Assembly (NCBI GenBank): GCA_036504875.1
Contig: DASXUK010000070.1
Coordinates: 3,483 to 67,482 of the forward strand
Length of the DNA stretch: 64,000 nucleotides
Source of the DNA: Desulfuromonadaceae bacterium
GTDB lineage: Bacteria; Desulfobacterota; Desulfuromonadia; Geobacterales; Pseudopelobacteraceae
Direction: 5' to 3'
Under the pieces are notes generated by a model. The model had not been told where the DNA came from. It saw only the letters and a program-made list of their open reading frames with translations, and did not search any database. How positions within the stretch are numbered: position 1 is the stretch's first letter; each line of letters opens with the position of its first letter. Positions 61,921-64,000 of this stretch are shown here, piece by piece. A program made the translations under genes and the position numbers.

Positions 61921-62010
61921 CTTGCGTCACGTTATCTTCTTCTTTCCCTTCCCTGCCAACCCCTTGAAATTTTCGCCCGTAATCACCGGCTTACCCGACC
62001 ACTTCTCAAT

Positions 62011-62059
62011 CCGTGGGATGAATCGCACGGCTACCGTCAAGCGCCCCGATGGGGCTTTA
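62011..62059 (-). repeat. REP/IS-end-like repeat, copy 1
   Basis: ccgtgggatgaatcgcacggctaccgtcaagcgccccgatggggcttta. On the tnpA strand it reads ...GCCCCATCGGGGC...GTAG-CCGTGcgattcatcCCACGG: a GTAG followed by a small imperfect palindrome, plus a GCCCC/GGGGC hairpin. Confidence 0.6.
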
Positions 62060-62061
62060 CC

Positions 62062-62514
62062 TCAACCCCACACATAGCGTTCGTCAAATTCAACCTCATG
62101 CTTTTTAAGAAAATGAACATACTCTTCCTGAAACGATTTTGTCCGGTGATGTTCACGTTGACCTTCAATATAACGTACCGTATCAGCTATCTGGGAAAGA
62201 CCTACCGTGAATGCCCCGTATCCATCCTGCCATGCAAACGCCATCATATCGTTGTCGCTCTCATGAATCCAACGAGATGAGGCGCCTTTGAGCAGTTGTA
62301 CCGCTTTACTGACGGAAATGGTGGCCGGTAATGCCAGCAGGATATGTATATGGTCGTCATATCCTCCAACTTTTAACGCCTTCATTCCGTTTGTGCGGGC
62401 AATACCGCCGAGATATTCCCATATTCTGGATTCCTTGGCGGCAACAAGCCACGGCTCCCGGTTTTTGGTGCTGAACACAATATGGTAATGCAATGACTTG
62501 TATGTATTGGCCAT
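62062..62514 (-). CDS. tnpA: IS200/IS605-family (Y1, HUH) transposase / REP-associated tyrosine transposase-like
   Basis: 150 aa. MANTYKSLHYHIVFSTKNREPWL start, HUH motif HIHILL, and a C-terminal YIEGQREHH with the candidate catalytic Tyr. The ORF is intact. Confidence 0.85.
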   Translation of the reverse strand: MANTYKSLHYHIVFSTKNREPWLVAAKESRIWEYLGGIARTNGMKALKVGGYDDHIHILLALPATISVSKAVQLLKGASSRWIHESDNDMMAFAWQDGYGAFTVGLSQIADTVRYIEGQREHHRTKSFQEEYVHFLKKHEVEFDERYVWG

Positions 62515-62592
62515 GAGATTTCCTTAGTCCTGTAGGGACGGTGCGATGGTAGACGGAGAATTCATTCCCCGGATCAATGGTGCATCATATCC

Positions 62593-62614
62593 CACCGTCG
62601 CGTACGCGACGGTG
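62593..62614. repeat. perfect 22-bp palindrome in the tnpA leader
   Basis: CACCGTCGCGTACGCGACGGTG (10-bp arms, 2-nt centre), between repeat copy 2 and the tnpA start. Confidence 0.6.
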
Positions 62615-62635
62615 AATGGGGATTGTCGCCTCAGC

Positions 62636-62684
62636 CCGTGGGATGAATCCTACGGCTACCGTCAAACGCCCCGATGGGGCTTTA
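62636..62684 (-). repeat. REP/IS-end-like repeat, copy 2
   Basis: ccgtgggatgaatcctacggctaccgtcaaacgccccgatggggcttta. It differs at 3 positions from copy 1 and has the same orientation. Confidence 0.6.
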
Positions 62685-62965
62685 ACAAGTACCACCGTAG
62701 CGGCCTGCGCTCGCGATCAGCCCTTTGGCTCCAGTCAGTTTGATCCATTTTTTGGCAGACAGGAAAAAACTGTTCCGGCCAGCCTCATTTTTAATTCCCT
62801 CGAATTCGAGGAATTAAAAACTGGGTTATTGATACGCTCCCAGACACCGAGGAACAGGACTGTGTCCTTGTTCTTGAGCCACTGTTCAATCAGTGCGCCT
62901 CCGCCATCAAAGTTTCGCACCATGTCGGTGAGCGAAATATAGTCCTCACCCTGCTGACTGCGCAC
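62685..62965 (-). pseudogene. KilA-N domain protein gene fragment (truncated at both ends, frameshifted)
   Basis: The listed 76-aa ORF reads ...GEDYISLTDMVRNFDGG..LIEQWLKNKDTVLFLGVWERINNPVFNS. After a frame change at ~62808-62816 the homology continues LEFEGIKNEAGRNSFFLSAKKWIKLTGAKGLIASAGRYGGT. It then stops at a TAA supplied by the last bases of repeat copy 2. An in-frame TAA lies upstream of the GTG start. Confidence 0.6.
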
Positions 62966-63029
62966 AGCTGTACATCCTTAACAGAATTCAGCTGCCACAT
63001 CCATAAGTATTAGTCTTAATTAAGAGAGG

Positions 63030-63169
63030 TCTTGCGGAAGGAAATCAAGGGGTATTTTTTGGGAAATCCTTTTGGGAGGTATGGGAAGGTATGGGAAGGT
63101 ATGGGACGATATACCAAAATGCTGGTACTGAAGAACAGGAAGAAGGAAGTGCAGGCAAGTCCTCTATAG
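63030..63169 (+). pseudogene. diverged duplicate of the udg 3' end and downstream spacer
   Basis: ccttttgggaggtatgggacga (61655-61676) recurs at 63068-63109 with the internal 10-mer triplicated. aagaacag[a/g]aagaag and cctctatag (61753-61761 versus 63161-63169) follow in the same order. No intact frame remains. Confidence 0.55.
63077..63106 (+). repeat. 3 x 10-bp perfect tandem repeat AGGTATGGGA
   Basis: Units at 63077-63086, 63087-63096 and 63097-63106. The udg copy of this sequence has a single unit (61664-61673). Confidence 0.9.
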
Positions 63170-64000
63170 TCCAAACCATCTCCGCACCACAAATACATCC
63201 TTCTGCTTGCTGCCCGGCGGCCATTCGTTTATCGGGCTGCGCGTGCGCATAATCTGCGTTAACCGCTGTCGTAGTGAGGTTATCACCACACCGCCGTGGC
63301 CAGGCTTGCTGCAATCCAGTCGGCTTTCAATAACTGTTTGCTTATCAAGCACAATCAGGACATGACCATTCCAGACAATCAAGTCCAGCGGTTCCAGCAG
63401 TTTGAGTAGTTCGTCAGCTGTTTTTCCGGTGATCGGCAGGCCGGCACCAAAGGAGATCAGTTGCGAGGTATTGCGAGGAGTAGCACCATCCGTGGCCTGA
63501 TAAAGAAGCCCGGAGCAGTCCAGCCCGGTCAAGGTCAAGCGTTCTCGCTCTGCCTTGGAAAAGGTGCCGCGGTAGAACATCCCCATCAACTCCCCTACCC
63601 CCTGCTGAATATTGCCCCCCCATACATAGGGGCTGCCAAGCCCGGTTTTGAGTCGACTCAGGATCTCCTTTTTCAAGGGCAACTGTCTGGATCGCGGCGG
63701 TGGTAAAATCTCCTTCAGCTCGAGAAACCGGCTCTCCACGTAAAGCGCCCCGCCAGCAGGGGTTGGATACTCATCGGTCTCTACCCGGAAGACAGCCGGC
63801 TCGCCGCCCGAAACCTGCTCCAGCAATCTGAAAACAGTCCCAGGCAAGGCGATATACTCCAAGGCCCGTACCTGACCGCAGTGATCTGTCTTCAGCGTCC
63901 TGCCATCCTGACCGCCGAAGACCGATTTGAAACCGGGCGTATTGAGTACCGGTGCTGGTAACCTGGCTACACCATATAAAGCAGCTTCGCTAGCGGCTGC
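63164..64000 (-). CDS. NlpC/P60-family cell-wall peptidase with N-terminal SH3-like region (runs off window end)
   Basis: GLDCSGLLYQA (catalytic Cys) and WNGHVLIVLD (His). The frame is open from 63862 to 64000 with no stop codon (..AAASEAALYGVARLPAPVLNTPGFKSVFGG..), so the listed TTG start is not the real start. Confidence 0.6.
   Translation of the reverse strand, partial: AAASEAALYGVARLPAPVLNTPGFKSVFGGQDGRTLKTDHCGQVRALEYIALPGTVFRLLEQVSGGEPAVFRVETDEYPTPAGGALYVESRFLELKEILPPPRSRQLPLKKEILSRLKTGLGSPYVWGGNIQQGVGELMGMFYRGTFSKAERERLTLTGLDCSGLLYQATDGATPRNTSQLISFGAGLPITGKTADELLKLLEPLDLIVWNGHVLIVLDKQTVIESRLDCSKPGHGGVVITSLRQRLTQIMRTRSPINEWPPGSKQKDVFVVRRWFGL

Larger units (their letters stand above)
62011..62684 (-). 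mobile_element. IS200/IS605-like or RayT-type unit: Y1 transposase gene bracketed by 49-nt direct repeats
   Basis: 674-bp unit. The repeats at 62011-62059 and 62636-62684 are 46/49 identical. One abuts the tnpA stop (2 nt away) and the other lies ~120 nt upstream of the start. A disrupted KilA-N gene ends exactly at the 62684/62685 boundary. Confidence 0.65.

Noticed and set aside
61921-62010. Short minus-strand reading frame IEKWSGKPVITGENFKGLAGKGKKKIT* starting at the IS-unit boundary
   Set aside because: It may be the C-terminal remnant of the gene hit by the insertion. It does not continue the KilA-N homology, and I cannot assign it to a family. It is too short to call.
63016-63314. Minus-strand ORFs 63016-63198 and 63045-63314
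   Set aside because: They run through the tandem repeat and the udg relic, or overlap the NlpC/P60 gene out of frame. They have no features.

Overview
By gene content this is the replication-origin region of a Desulfuromonadales/Geobacter-like deltaproteobacterial chromosome; the taxon call is inference only. The core is rpmH-rnpA-yidD-yidC-mnmE-mnmG-rsmG on the minus strand, diverging from dnaA-dnaN-recF-gyrB-gyrA on the plus strand. DnaA-box clusters lie on both sides of dnaA, and there are two perfect parS sites. The left third carries a histidine kinase/sigma-54 regulator pair, gpmI, rlmH-rsfS-nadD, a partial type II secretion cluster (gspH-I-J-K-L-M-N) followed by a stand-alone MshEN-domain protein, a split arnA plus arnC, rnd, a futalosine-type radical SAM gene and a hotdog thioesterase. 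The right third carries gpsA, a large sensor kinase, ispF and an RND pump. A five-gene co-directional block (small CxxC protein, DUF606, SulP, tandem-AMIN protein, EndoQ-like PHP nuclease) separates that pump from an orphan periplasmic adaptor. Next come adjacent ImcH-like (7-heme) and CbcL-like (9-heme plus cytochrome b) inner-membrane cytochromes. These are followed by small redox proteins (rubredoxin, ferredoxin, an unlisted zinc-ribbon ORF), coaBC and a family-4 UDG. The one clearly accessory patch is 61.7-63.2 kb. It is a decayed insertion flanked by diverged direct copies of the udg 3' end, and it holds an intact IS200/RayT-like Y1 transposase bracketed by 49-nt GTAG-hairpin repeats and a broken KilA-N gene. 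Three small genes missing from the ORF track were found by hand: rpmH, rubredoxin and a 59-aa zinc-ribbon protein. I saw no tRNA, rRNA or CRISPR array. I did not find a convincing self-contained novel multi-gene system. The best leads are the ImcH/CbcL pairing, the MshEN-GAF protein attached to an incomplete T2SS, the split adaptor/pump arrangement and the insertion scar at udg. All family assignments come from motif recognition by eye, not database searches.
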